Positions 63,131 through 64,000 of a DNA stretch of 64,000 nt are shown here, piece by piece. Every line of letters begins with the position of its first letter. Position 1 is the first letter of the stretch. Location of the stretch: NCBI RefSeq assembly GCF_006345805.1, contig NC_043009.1, positions 54,684,001 to 54,748,000 of the forward strand, read 5' to 3'. A program made the translations under genes and the position numbers. The DNA is from Octopus sinensis (Eukaryota). The notes beneath the pieces were generated by a model. The model was not told where the DNA came from, ran no database searches, and saw nothing but the letters and a program-made list of their open reading frames with translations.

Positions 63131-64000
63131 CTGGTCAACCTGCTAGATATAGAAGTCAAATCTCACTCAATTCCCACCTAAGGAAGGACGCGTTGGATAA
63201 TGCAGTCCTGGGTATATAATATTTATACAAAAAACCGGGATGGTCACATCTGGAATGGTTTTAATCATAGGTCTGCTCCATCAGAACTGACTTGGTGTAT
63301 GTGTGCATGGCCGCAGTCTAATGACTGAAGCAAGTAACAGCCAAAAAATACATGTAGCGTATGTGCACAGACACACACACACACATGTTTGGACTCCATG
63401 TCAGCCCTGACTGAACAAGGTATGACCAAAGCGATCTAGCCAAGACGGTCGATGAAGGAAATGGATACTAGGAACTGCAGGTACACTAACGTCCAAGAAG
63501 ATGCTATAAGTCACAACTAACGCCACTTCGTGAGCTGAGGGAAATACCATCCCTAGCGTACCTCCTTATTTCCATGATTGCATCACATCTTTTGAAACAC
63601 CAAGGGCTAATTTACCCAATGCATCCATTTAAAAGATGTACAGGGGAGATTTCAGGGAGATTTGGTGGCTATTTCTGTCAAGTCAGACGATCGTGTTGAT
63701 GCTCTCTCATTAAAAGTTCTCGGCAATCCGATTTTGACAAAGTTTCGGTTCTCATTTCCAGCTGCTTCACTTAAACGTTACCTGGATCCTTGGAACTAGG
63801 GATAGGAAGGATCTTTACTTTATGCTAAGATTCGTGAGACCGAGGGAAGGTCAGATGTTATAAGCACATACACGCACGCGATTAGATGCATAGAGAAACA
63901 CTGTTCCTCTGGTCCCCGCTACTTCCACTACTGGAGTGATAAAAATCTAAATAATTTACGGCATATCTACACAACTGCGCTCACCATCCACCCAGCTTTT

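Overview
AT-rich eukaryotic (metazoan) genomic DNA dense in microsatellites and SINEs. The repeat families look, from recall and not from a search, like those of Octopus/cephalopods. Two spliced protein-coding genes can be built, both on the minus strand. (1) A MED7-like gene (Mediator subunit 7): coding exons 4605-4495 and 3058-797, about 790 aa. Its MED7 domain is divergent and is fused to a roughly 600-aa acidic, repeat-containing tail that ends in a bipartite NLS-like motif. (2) A complete 6-coding-exon FAXDC2 orthologue (fatty acid hydroxylase domain; 36957-25723, 351 aa) with all splice sites and phases consistent. Both genes have an upstream non-coding exon that I could not place. The rest is mobile-element debris: at least five SINE families, CR1/L2/RTE LINE remnants, non-autonomous Helitrons plus a Helitron helicase fragment, a decayed maT/DD37D mariner, Merlin-, hAT- and mariner-like MITEs, a putative solo LTR, palindromes and a 44-bp minisatellite. 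No CRISPR, rRNA, true tRNA or prokaryotic features are supported. The most interesting items are the long-tailed MED7 paralogue candidate, an inverted SINE pair tightly bracketing FAXDC2 exons 2-3, and a nested cluster of palindromes at 11.4-16.7 kb. SINE/LINE boundaries are approximate (within about 10-20 bp); exon boundaries were read base by base.
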